Origin: a virus
Taxonomy: Duplodnaviria; Caudoviricetes
DNA: 27,204 nt
Direction: 5' to 3' (one strand)
IMG/VR virus record: IMGVR_UViG_3300038300_000055
Coordinates: 1-27,204 of that record
The notes below the pieces were generated by a model that was given only the letters and a program-made list of their open reading frames with translations, searched no databases and was not told the DNA's origin. The translations under genes were made by a program, and so were the position numbers. Shown in pieces: positions 15,909 through 24,673 of this stretch. Position 1 is the first letter of the stretch. Each line of letters opens with the position of its first letter.

Positions 15909-17093
15909 TTAGATTCCGAGGTCGTCTTCACCACCCTCTTCTTCTTCACCACCAGCACCACTCAATTCGGCATTAAGACTATCTGCTTCAGTCTTGTTCA
16001 TCATATTGAGTCTTTTGGTGACTCTATCATATAGTTCTCTTGCTGGCATGATTTTTCTCTTTTCTTTTGGGATACTATCATACTCTGCGTTCATTGCTTC
16101 AACCGCTGTCGGGTCAATCAATCTATCTAAGATATAATCATAATACTCATAGACATTATTTTCGTCTACGTTAAATTCGTTTGCTTTGGTGACTCTTTGG
16201 ATTTCATTATCTTGAGCAGGAATTTCATCTTCGTTTGGTTCTTCTTCTGCCTCAGCATCTTCTTCCTCTTCACCCTCTTCGTCACCGAGGTCATCACCGA
16301 GTTCGTCGCCCAAGTCCTCGTCACCTTCTTCTGGTTCTTCTTCAGCACCAATGTCATCGGCATCTTCCTCTTCTTCGTCCTCTGCCTCTTCTAATTTCTT
16401 ATTGAGTTTAGAGAGAACATCACCTTTAACATAAGACTTGTCTTTGCCGTTATACATTAGTTTATCAAGTTCTTTTACTTTATCTAACCTAGCATCCACA
16501 CTCTTTGCTTCTGTAACTTCTTCCTTGTCGGTTTCCTCTTCTTTTACTTGAGGTTCACCAACTACTTGTTGAATCTTTCCAACAATGTCTTTTTCCAACT
16601 TCTCTGGGTTATTTGCCTTAGTTCCTCTTACGAAGAAAAGGTTATTGTCTTTGACTTTCTTAATATCACCCTTCATGAAATCGGATGCTTTTTTATAAAC
16701 TCTTTCCATTTTATCGAATTCTGCTACTTTCTTATCAAGCATAGCAGTTCCATAATCAAGTTTTGCTTTCTTGAGTTTCATAGAAAGGTCTTCTACTTTC
16801 TTTTGTTTCTTTTGAATATCGTTGGATTCACTCACTTTCTTTAATTTTTCCTTATATTCAGTTTCTGCTTCTTTATTAGTTCTTGTGATGCCTTTTTGTC
16901 TATTACTAGAACCTTCGGAACCATGACCTACGGTGGAGCTACCGTGGTCACGATTAGAACGTTCTTGAGTGGTCATCTTAGTTTCAACAGGATTCCCCTG
17001 TTGCATCACAATCTTGTAACCTTCTTTGTCAGTAGTAAAATGGGTCTTCTTTTCCCCAGTTTTCTTACAAACAGATTCTTTCTTGACGACCAT
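15909..17093 (-). CDS. Putative prohead core protein; N-terminus gp68-like, central acidic tract
   Basis: TDKEGYKIV...KMTTQERSNR resembles the GY..KMS.E.R segment of gp68-like proteins; long E/D tract. Confidence 0.5.
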   Translation of the reverse strand: MVVKKESVCKKTGEKKTHFTTDKEGYKIVMQQGNPVETKMTTQERSNRDHGSSTVGHGSEGSSNRQKGITRTNKEAETEYKEKLKKVSESNDIQKKQKKVEDLSMKLKKAKLDYGTAMLDKKVAEFDKMERVYKKASDFMKGDIKKVKDNNLFFVRGTKANNPEKLEKDIVGKIQQVVGEPQVKEEETDKEEVTEAKSVDARLDKVKELDKLMYNGKDKSYVKGDVLSKLNKKLEEAEDEEEEDADDIGAEEEPEEGDEDLGDELGDDLGDEEGEEEEDAEAEEEPNEDEIPAQDNEIQRVTKANEFNVDENNVYEYYDYILDRLIDPTAVEAMNAEYDSIPKEKRKIMPARELYDRVTKRLNMMNKTEADSLNAELSGAGGEEEEGGEDDLGI

Positions 17094-17109
17094 CTCTAAT
17101 CATCTCCGA

Positions 17110-17841
17110 TTAGTAATCGTAGTCTTCTTCGACTTCTTCTTCCTCTTCGTCAGAATCTTCACCTTCTTCTGATTCCTCGTCGCCTTCACCTTCTTCGGTG
17201 TCTGCTTCTGGTGCTTCTTCACCTTCTTCCGATTCCTCGTCGCCTTCACCTTCTTCGGTGTCTGCTTCTGGTGCTTCTTCTTCTCCACCCTCTTCACCAT
17301 CCATAGTGTCGTAAGTTTCTTCTTCTTCGTCTTCTACAGGTGCTTCTTCGCCTTCTGCTTCTACCGAATCGACATCAACATCGTCTTCACCCGCATCAGG
17401 TACATCCTCACCTTCCAATTCGTCTTCTACTGGTTCTGGGTCTTCGAGTTCTGCATCTTCTTCAGCATTCAATTGTTCCTCTCCGCCTTCAACCTCTTCT
17501 GGGTCTTCTTCAGAAAACTCATCTGTTGGGTCTTCGTCAGCATCATTAAGTCCACATCCACCTACAATTGGTTCTTCTTCCGTTTCTGCTTCAGGAGGAA
17601 GAGAAGGAGCTAAAGCTAATTCTGGTGCTTCTGCACCCGCATCTACTGGAGGAAATTCTACTGGCATTTCTGCTGGAACTTCTTGTGAGAATTCTTCAGG
17701 AGAATCAGGCAAATCTTCAGGTCCCGCTGTTGGTTCAAGACCATACTCCGCTCTTTCATGGTCCATTAGTTCACCGAACTTTGATTCCAAGTCATATAAT
17801 TTTGCTTCTATTCTTGCAAGCACTTCACCGTAATCAATCAT
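17110..17841 (-). CDS. Extremely acidic low-complexity late protein (scaffold/core-like)
   Basis: Short coiled-coil N-terminus, then E/D/P/G/A-rich with no K or R; AAGGAG SD and late promoter. Confidence 0.75.
   Translation of the reverse strand: MIDYGEVLARIEAKLYDLESKFGELMDHERAEYGLEPTAGPEDLPDSPEEFSQEVPAEMPVEFPPVDAGAEAPELALAPSLPPEAETEEEPIVGGCGLNDADEDPTDEFSEEDPEEVEGGEEQLNAEEDAELEDPEPVEDELEGEDVPDAGEDDVDVDSVEAEGEEAPVEDEEEETYDTMDGEEGGEEEAPEADTEEGEGDEESEEGEEAPEADTEEGEGDEESEEGEDSDEEEEEVEEDYDY
17161..17280. repeat. 60-bp tandem repeat x2 (1 mismatch)
   Basis: 17161-17220 versus 17221-17280; encodes EEAPEADTEEGEGDEESEEG twice. Confidence 0.97.
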
Positions 17842-17880
17842 CTTATCGCTCCTTTAGATTTAGTTTGCCTAATTTAGTAT

Positions 17881-17888
17881 TATTTATA
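17881..17888 (-). promoter_or_regulatory. Late promoter TATAAATA
   Basis: Exact intergenic motif. Confidence 0.8.
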
Positions 17889-17892
17889 AAAG

Positions 17893-18312
17893 TTAAACCA
17901 CACCCGATAGTTCTTCTTTTATTTTTTCCCAGTTGTCTCGTATAATATTATCGTGTCTAACATATTTATATAGTTCAAGTGTAAGATTGAAGAATTCTTT
18001 ATATTCTCCATACTCTCCTTGCTTGGTCCTAACAAACATATCAAAAACCACATCAGCAAGTAGATTTTTCTCTTCATCCTTGAAGTTATTAAGGAAGAAG
18101 TACAAAAACGATACTCTTGTAAACGTATTTCTAAAGAACATTAGATTTGTTGCAAGTCTCTTCAACGATATGGTATCGAAGTTATCAACAGTCAAAAGAT
18201 TTATATACTTTATGACATAGTTCTTTTTACGGACATCCCGACTATACTCCTTCTCTATACAAGAGTGGATGTATTCTTCAAATGGGAAGTATTTTTCTTT
18301 TTCGTTACTCAA
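17893..18312 (-). CDS. Hypothetical helical protein
   Basis: 139-aa ORF with a TTGA start/stop overlap with the upstream gene; no confident family. Confidence 0.7.
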   Translation of the reverse strand: MSNEKEKYFPFEEYIHSCIEKEYSRDVRKKNYVIKYINLLTVDNFDTISLKRLATNLMFFRNTFTRVSFLYFFLNNFKDEEKNLLADVVFDMFVRTKQGEYGEYKEFFNLTLELYKYVRHDNIIRDNWEKIKEELSGVV

Positions 18313-18647
18313 AGTAATTTTAAGATTTGTTTCTTGGATTTTAAGTTAATAAACTTCCTTACAATAGTCTTACCCTTGGTTTCAAGAATAGTTTTTCTAA
18401 TGTCGGACTCTCCAAGAATACCATAATATTCCATGATTCTATAAAAATCCTTTAAAAGACTTTTATTGCTCAATCCCCAATCCCTCTTGACCACATTTAT
18501 AACAGTTTCCAAGATAACTTTGTCATCAGGAACTTCCTTTAAAATGTTTTCAAGAATTTCAATTGCACTCTCCTCGCCAATATACTTGACTTCGGAAGAA
18601 AGTTCAATCTCATTTATGAAGGAATCAATTCTATCTAAAATATCCAT
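18309..18647 (-). CDS. Hypothetical late protein
   Basis: 112 aa, late promoter 9 nt upstream, begins MDILDRIDSFINE. Confidence 0.7.
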   Translation of the reverse strand: MDILDRIDSFINEIELSSEVKYIGEESAIEILENILKEVPDDKVILETVINVVKRDWGLSNKSLLKDFYRIMEYYGILGESDIRKTILETKGKTIVRKFINLKSKKQILKLL

Positions 18648-18655
18648 AGTACCCT

Positions 18656-21277
18656 TTATTTATATGTTATTCTACCCCAACGGTCTGTCATAAGGTTATA
18701 ATCACCCTCATTTATAGCAGAATCCCTCGAACCACTTTCAACGTGAGTTGCCCATTTGTCATTACGGCACCAAATCTTATAACCCATCTTCTTGATTGCA
18801 AGACATAAGTCTACATCTTGGAAGACATGTTCATAACCTTCGTCAAACCCACTATAATCATTAAATAGTTTAGTTGGAATCATAAGACAAGCACCTGTCA
18901 CACAATCAACCTCACCACTCTCTATTTCTTTGTTCTTTTCCTCATAATGCATGTGCTCTGGCAAGTAAAACTTATGAGGGTTTCTTTCCTTACTAATAAT
19001 CATTTCAACACCAGCATGTTGAATTGTACCATTTTCATATAACAACTTAGCACCAACAATTGCTACCTTTTCCGATATCCTCATTGCCATTGAGGTTATT
19101 ATGTCACTATTAATGAAAACATCGTTGTTCATAAATAAGGTCTTGTTGTACCTGGCATGATTCGCTGCAACTAAATTGTTATTCCTAGAGAAATGATATT
19201 CACCCGCATCTATCACTTTGATTTTATCTCCATATTCGGCACTTTTGTCTTGGTAAAACTCTTTCACCTCTATATCAGTGGTTCCCGTGTCCCCAATCAA
19301 TATCTCATACTCAATTGCCTCGGTGTGCTCAATGATGGCATTCACACACTTCTTAATATAGTCGGGTTTGTCTTTATTTAAAATGACAATAGAAACTCCC
19401 TCTTTTTTATGTTCCAAATATTTCTCAACCCTAAAATCCTTTTTGGTTAAATAATGCTTCTCATTTGGGGTTTCATCGACCTCTCTTGGTTCTATAGTTT
19501 CCTTATAAGGAGTCAACCCTAACATTTTACCAAGATACCAGAACGCATATTCCTTTCTAAAGTGAACTGTTGTCGTTGAAATAAAAGGATGTTTCCCTCC
19601 CCATTTCTTATAAAACTTTCTTCCCTGTTTTAGATACGCTTCGTAACCACCTCGTTTCTTAAGGTTGGTATCACCTCCAGAGTGATGAGTGATTGGTAGT
19701 TTGATTACATAGTTACTAAGACCCTTGTCAGCCGCTTGCATACAAATATCAGCACCATAGAAATGGAAGTGGTCCAAGTATTCACCAAACATCATCTTGT
19801 TTTTTCTATTACCTATCAAACAAAACTCATCCAACGTTTGACATCTCAAGAAGTCAAATGTGTATTTGAGGGATGAAAAGTCAACACCACGAATAGAACC
19901 CTTACCACCAACTTGAATTCCCGCTGGACCAAGAATACCAAACTCCCCACCCAACTTAGTAACAATGTCGGTTATAGTCGCAAATGGTTCATAGGCATCA
20001 AACGTAACGTCTTGGTGCATCCAAAACATAATCTCGCCCTCACTAACCCTCGTCAATTGATTAAGTGCCTCGGATGACCAGAAATAATTACTTCTATTAT
20101 TTACGAAAATAAATTCATATTCTTCCCTAGACTTAATACTTTCCAACAGAACCTTTACTTGCTTCTTGTCGGTGGCACAAATAAGAATGGAGAAGTGTTT
20201 TTTCTTTTTGAATTTATATGGACCCTTGCTCACCCAATCGGTATGAAACTTTTGAAAGTCACCTCTTGACTCCTCTTTAACATCCGTTTTTCTACTTCCA
20301 TGGTCAACATGGATAATTGCCTTTTCTCTAATACAAAAATTATCATACCCTAATTGATTTACTTTTAGGTTCAAATCCACATCTTGTAGAATATCTACAT
20401 AGTCCTCATTAAAACCATTAACCTTTTCAAATATACCTTTACGCATCATTAAGAATGCTGCAGTGACCCCTTCGACTTTAACATTGTCGGTTGAGATTTC
20501 TTGTAGTTTCCTTCCTAAGTTATAATGCCCTGGTCCATTCCATCTCCCATCCCAAGGTTGATACAATACCTGTCCATCGTGTTGGATTACATTCTTGTCT
20601 CTATCATACACCAATCTATGCCCAAGGCAACCAATGTTACTACAAAGAATGTATCCCACCATTTCAGACACCGCATCATAAGTCAAGAAAACGTCATTGT
20701 TCATGAATAAGAGAACATCTCCACTTGCTTCTTTTGCCAAGAAGTTATTGTTCTTTGAAAAGTTATAGTCATGGTCTTTGAATACTTTGAAGTTCTCTTT
20801 TACTTCGGATTCTGGGGTATCATCATCGTAAAGACCATCGTTCCATATGGTATGATACTCGGTGTATAAATGAAAGACATTTTCATCGGTAGTACCAGTG
20901 TCGCAAATAAGAACCTCGAAATCGACATACTTAGTGTACTTATGAATACTATCCAAACATCTTTTGATGTTATCGTATCCATCTTTAGTTACGATACAAA
21001 TAGAAATCTTAGGCAACCCCGTTTCATCCAAATAATCCATATCAACCGTTGGAGTGAAATAATCCTTGATTTCCAATTTAAGACTTTTTGAGGCACGAAG
21101 TTTCTTCCCACTCTCTTTACCGTCCTTTTCGTCCTTGGTATATCCAATGACTTGAAAGTTGGGGTAATCCTTAAAGGTGACAGGGCCACTAAATATTTTA
21201 TTAGGTTTGATGAGTTTTCTTTCACCATTGAGATTAACGACTACGTTCTCAACACCTGTATATTTAATTAATGCCAT
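18656..21277 (-). CDS. Multi-domain glycosyltransferase (three GT-A/GT2-like domains)
   Basis: Domain 1: KISICIVTKD..DTG..NFSKNNN..FMNNDV..VTAAFLM..QDVDL. Domain 2: FSILICA..MHQDV..TLDE..HFYGADIC. Domain 3: VSIVILNKD..DTG..FMNNDV..VTGACLM..QDVDL. Confidence 0.92.
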   Translation of the reverse strand: MALIKYTGVENVVVNLNGERKLIKPNKIFSGPVTFKDYPNFQVIGYTKDEKDGKESGKKLRASKSLKLEIKDYFTPTVDMDYLDETGLPKISICIVTKDGYDNIKRCLDSIHKYTKYVDFEVLICDTGTTDENVFHLYTEYHTIWNDGLYDDDTPESEVKENFKVFKDHDYNFSKNNNFLAKEASGDVLLFMNNDVFLTYDAVSEMVGYILCSNIGCLGHRLVYDRDKNVIQHDGQVLYQPWDGRWNGPGHYNLGRKLQEISTDNVKVEGVTAAFLMMRKGIFEKVNGFNEDYVDILQDVDLNLKVNQLGYDNFCIREKAIIHVDHGSRKTDVKEESRGDFQKFHTDWVSKGPYKFKKKKHFSILICATDKKQVKVLLESIKSREEYEFIFVNNRSNYFWSSEALNQLTRVSEGEIMFWMHQDVTFDAYEPFATITDIVTKLGGEFGILGPAGIQVGGKGSIRGVDFSSLKYTFDFLRCQTLDEFCLIGNRKNKMMFGEYLDHFHFYGADICMQAADKGLSNYVIKLPITHHSGGDTNLKKRGGYEAYLKQGRKFYKKWGGKHPFISTTTVHFRKEYAFWYLGKMLGLTPYKETIEPREVDETPNEKHYLTKKDFRVEKYLEHKKEGVSIVILNKDKPDYIKKCVNAIIEHTEAIEYEILIGDTGTTDIEVKEFYQDKSAEYGDKIKVIDAGEYHFSRNNNLVAANHARYNKTLFMNNDVFINSDIITSMAMRISEKVAIVGAKLLYENGTIQHAGVEMIISKERNPHKFYLPEHMHYEEKNKEIESGEVDCVTGACLMIPTKLFNDYSGFDEGYEHVFQDVDLCLAIKKMGYKIWCRNDKWATHVESGSRDSAINEGDYNLMTDRWGRITYK
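18657..18664 (-). promoter_or_regulatory. Late promoter TATAAATA in the last codons (TAT AAA TAA) of the glycosyltransferase
   Basis: Exact motif. Confidence 0.65.
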
Positions 21278-21301
21278 TCTTTTCCTTTAACGTTTATATA
21301 A

Positions 21302-22894
21302 TTATAGCGTCAATTCTTGAATTTTTATGTCGAACTCCTCATCGGCATAAAATTGCATTCTTTCTTGTGCATGTTTAGCATTATACTTTAAATTATCACA
21401 CAAGTCATAAACTCTAGCATACTCTTTTGTTGTATGTTGACGCAAAGAACGTCCAATCGCCTGTAAGGTCGTAATCTTACTCTTACCAATGTTACCAAAA
21501 ACAACAGTATGAAGATTCTTAACGGATATACCAGTTGAGAACAATGATGTGGTCGCAATGACAACGACCTTCTTATTCTCTTCCATCAACTCACGAATCT
21601 CCTTACGCTTGTATTCATCCATCTCACCACTGATATAATAGACACTAGAAAACTCACCATCATTCAAATGTTCAATGACTTTCTTAATCTTCCCGCCAAA
21701 GTTGAGAGAGTTAGCAAGTATCAAAACATTCTCATCTTTAGATAATCTTAACTTGACTATCTTCGAGATTAGTTTCAATCTTGGAATATAATTTTCTATA
21801 AACTTTTTCTCAGCATTGAATTTTGCCGTGGCGGGAATATCTGCCTTTGCTGTATTCTCATCAATATCCATTTCCAAAAGATACTTGTCAATCTTCTCTT
21901 TCACAACTTGTTTGTTGTAACTAATAAAAGGAATTGTTATTTTTAACTTCGTAACATGTCCTTTTTCCATAAGGTCCGATGCCTTAACTTCATACACTAC
22001 AGGTCCTAGTCCACTAATGATTGTACGCACCTCTAGAGGGTCCGTCGGTAGGGTACCAGTGCAACCGAACCTCCATGTGGCATTACTACAGTTATCACAT
22101 ATCTGTCGCATTATAGTACCACCATTTGCCCTCTTAGACTTTGATTTTTTATCACCGGAACCAGCACCATGGACCTCATCCACGAAGAGGGTGTCGAACT
22201 GTTCAAAGAATTCTCGGTCCTCCACATTCTGCAACGATTGCCATGTAGCAATAATCCAAGGTTGGTCAACGTCCTTTATTTTCCCAAAGAACAACCCAAT
22301 GTCTTTTTCATCAAAACCATAATCATTGACAGCATCCCTTTGAAATTGAATTACAAGGTCTGACCTTGGCACAACCAAAAGGGTCTTCTTGGACCTATGT
22401 GTGTAATGAAGGAACTTTATCATCATCGCAATGATATAACTTTTACCAGATGACGTTGCCGCTTTAATAATTCCCCTACGATTTTTAATGAGTTCCTCTG
22501 CACATCCCCATTGATAGTCTCTTGGAGTCAATTTGTTTTCTTGTTTAGCAATGAGTTCATGTTCAACGACTGTACGAAAATTTGAGATGTCAACAAGAGA
22601 GTCATCATACTCACCTTGGAAGTGGTATTTGTATCCCCATTTATCCATCGTCTCTATTGCTTCTGAAAGCAACCCTCTAGGTAGTATGCCATCGTTCTTA
22701 AGGAAACGAATCTTACCATCCCAATTCCCAGCCTTGTACGATGCCATGAATCTAGCATGTTTAACTGGGTTAGAAAAATGGTTCTTTAGATTAGTAAGCA
22801 ACTCATCATTCATTGATGCCAATAAGACGTTGACATTATCTAACGGAACGATTGTTATGCTTTCATAATCTAAATCTAAGTCTGCGTAATTCAT
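21302..22894 (-). CDS. uvsW: UvsW SF2 DNA helicase
   Basis: WDGKIRF, PRDYQ, ATSSGKS, VDEVH, GCTGT, FSTGISVKNLH and LQAIGRSLR motifs. Confidence 0.95.
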   Translation of the reverse strand: MNYADLDLDYESITIVPLDNVNVLLASMNDELLTNLKNHFSNPVKHARFMASYKAGNWDGKIRFLKNDGILPRGLLSEAIETMDKWGYKYHFQGEYDDSLVDISNFRTVVEHELIAKQENKLTPRDYQWGCAEELIKNRRGIIKAATSSGKSYIIAMMIKFLHYTHRSKKTLLVVPRSDLVIQFQRDAVNDYGFDEKDIGLFFGKIKDVDQPWIIATWQSLQNVEDREFFEQFDTLFVDEVHGAGSGDKKSKSKRANGGTIMRQICDNCSNATWRFGCTGTLPTDPLEVRTIISGLGPVVYEVKASDLMEKGHVTKLKITIPFISYNKQVVKEKIDKYLLEMDIDENTAKADIPATAKFNAEKKFIENYIPRLKLISKIVKLRLSKDENVLILANSLNFGGKIKKVIEHLNDGEFSSVYYISGEMDEYKRKEIRELMEENKKVVVIATTSLFSTGISVKNLHTVVFGNIGKSKITTLQAIGRSLRQHTTKEYARVYDLCDNLKYNAKHAQERMQFYADEEFDIKIQELTL

Positions 22895-23100
22895 TCTACT
22901 TCTTCTCCGAGGTCTTCGTCATTGATAAATTTTGGTTTTCCCTTTTCTACTATTCTCTCCACCAATTCTCTATCAATTTCCCTCTGAACTTCTATTTTCA
23001 TCGCTTCCCAAAGTTCTTTGTGTTGTTCTGGAGTTAAAGGTTCTCCATCAACAGAGACGGCACCGTTGTTTGGGTTAATTGTTATTTCTGGTTCACTCAT
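22891..23100 (-). CDS. Hypothetical 69-aa protein
   Basis: ATGA overlaps with both neighbouring genes. Confidence 0.7.
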   Translation of the reverse strand: MSEPEITINPNNGAVSVDGEPLTPEQHKELWEAMKIEVQREIDRELVERIVEKGKPKFINDEDLGEEVE

Positions 23101-23513
23101 AAGTTCATTTTTTCCATTTCAACCATGGTCCTTAAAGTCCATGATTTATTATTCATATTTCGGATAGTCCTGTCAAGGAAATCCACAATCGCTTCAAGGT
23201 CATCGTAATGCTTCTTTGCCGTTTGGAACTTCTTATCCCTCTCAACAAATGTCATTATGTCGTTTGAACTGGTCAACTTTATCTCAAAATCATTTTTATA
23301 ATACTCGAACAATTCCCCTTTTTTCTTCTTGACAAATCGTTCTAACTGTTTCATCTTTCTCTTCTGTCTATATAATTCTTCTATGTATCTTTGCGTCTTA
23401 TTAACGACAGTCCTCAATTGCTCTTTCAACTGGAAATCATTTATTTCCGTATCCTTGACAACATCCTCAAGAAATTCTTCTGGTAATTCAAAATTTGTTT
23501 CCGCTTCGCTCAT
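23097..23513 (-). CDS. uvsY: UvsY recombination mediator
   Basis: 138 aa, helical; LFEYYK...DIMTFVERD...VDFLDRTIRNMNNKSWTLRTMVE; next to uvsW. Confidence 0.8.
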   Translation of the reverse strand: MSEAETNFELPEEFLEDVVKDTEINDFQLKEQLRTVVNKTQRYIEELYRQKRKMKQLERFVKKKKGELFEYYKNDFEIKLTSSNDIMTFVERDKKFQTAKKHYDDLEAIVDFLDRTIRNMNNKSWTLRTMVEMEKMNL

Positions 23514-23588
23514 ATTTATTTTTCATTGAGTTATGTATATATTTTACTGCTTTTTTTCCATTTTTTTCTTGACAATTAAAAGTAGCAC

Positions 23589-23616
23589 TTGAAAAACAGT
23601 ATTTTGATGATATAAT
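23589..23616 (+). promoter_or_regulatory. Sigma70-like promoter
   Basis: TTGAAA-16 nt-TATAAT with extended TG. Confidence 0.6.
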
Positions 23617-23630
23617 TTCTACTTAAATCT

Positions 23631-24614
23631 ATGCAGACCGAAAAAGATAAAATTCGTTTAGACCTCTCGTTAGTGTCAAGCATCCTTAACCATGCTGGTT
23701 ATAAGGGTTTATTGAACTATTTATCACTTGAAACCTACAAAAAGGTGAAGAAGGATGAATATGTCAATTTTGACGCAATGGGAGAGTACGCATTTATTAA
23801 ATCAGAAAAAGATTGGATTTCTTCCATGGATACGTTAGTTGAGATGAAACTCGCGGTCAAAAAAGGGAATTATTATATCTCCCGTTCTAAAAAGAAAGAG
23901 TGGAGACAATTCCAAGAACAATTTATTAAACAGTCGAAAAAGTTTAATGGGTTCATCCATTTCGATATGACCGAAATCTACATTCATAAAGAAAACCCAG
24001 AATTAACGGATTTATTATATCTGTCAATCCACCAACAAGTCATTAGAGGCAAAAGCATCTCTAGGGGATTTATTAAAGATTTAACTGGAGTTGGCAAAAC
24101 CCTACAACGAACAATTGAAGATAGGCAAGATGGTAGGTATTTAGAAAAGATTGAACACCATATTCCTGTTGGATATGGAGAAGAGTACAAAGATAAGGTT
24201 GGTGACATACCTACATTTAACGGGAGATTCAACCCGAAACACTTGAAATGCCATAAAACAAATAAAAGTAAAAGTAATTGCAAAGTAATTCAGTTGGGTA
24301 ACAAAGTAAAAATTAAAGATTTAAGAATATGCGAATTTGAATTTCCCAAGAATTCATTTAAAAAAGTAAAAAGTAACCTAGATTGTCTGAATGATTCCTC
24401 CATGCAGAGTGAAGAAGTTCAAGATTGGAACAATCTAAACATGGTTCTAGATACATCTGAGAAAAGTAAGAGTAATAAGTTTAGAGGAATGTTAAGTACC
24501 AAAGATAATCGTTACATGTCTTGGAAGGATTTCAAGAATTATGATTACGATAAAGTTAACGTTCTTTCCGAAGATGGCACTCTACTGCAACTCAGAGACA
24601 CTCTAAACAACTAG
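23631..24614 (+). CDS. Hypothetical basic protein with a possible helix-turn-helix
   Basis: ISRGFIKDLTGVGKTLQRTIE is HTH-like; opposite strand to both neighbours. Confidence 0.65.
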   Translation: MQTEKDKIRLDLSLVSSILNHAGYKGLLNYLSLETYKKVKKDEYVNFDAMGEYAFIKSEKDWISSMDTLVEMKLAVKKGNYYISRSKKKEWRQFQEQFIKQSKKFNGFIHFDMTEIYIHKENPELTDLLYLSIHQQVIRGKSISRGFIKDLTGVGKTLQRTIEDRQDGRYLEKIEHHIPVGYGEEYKDKVGDIPTFNGRFNPKHLKCHKTNKSKSNCKVIQLGNKVKIKDLRICEFEFPKNSFKKVKSNLDCLNDSSMQSEEVQDWNNLNMVLDTSEKSKSNKFRGMLSTKDNRYMSWKDFKNYDYDKVNVLSEDGTLLQLRDTLNN

Positions 24615-24673
24615 ACTTTCTTTTTTTATTAAAAATCTGAAAGCCATATATAAGGGAAAATTGCGCCAACACA

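Noticed and set aside
17161-17280. CRISPR-like or non-coding repeat
   Set aside because: It is two abutting in-frame copies with no spacers, inside a coding region.
17100-17300. 66-aa Lys-rich ORF with a repeated sequence, and the similar ORF at 16166-16363
   Set aside because: These are alternate-frame shadows of GAA-rich acidic genes, with no independent start signals seen.
17963-17970. Extra TATAAATA inside the 139-aa gene
   Set aside because: It is explained by Tyr-Lys-Tyr codons, and the downstream gene already has an intergenic copy; chance is plausible in AT-rich DNA.
24615-24673. Terminator between the convergent 327-aa gene and gp46
   Set aside because: Only weak A/T pairing (ctttc...gaaag) is present, with no convincing GC stem.
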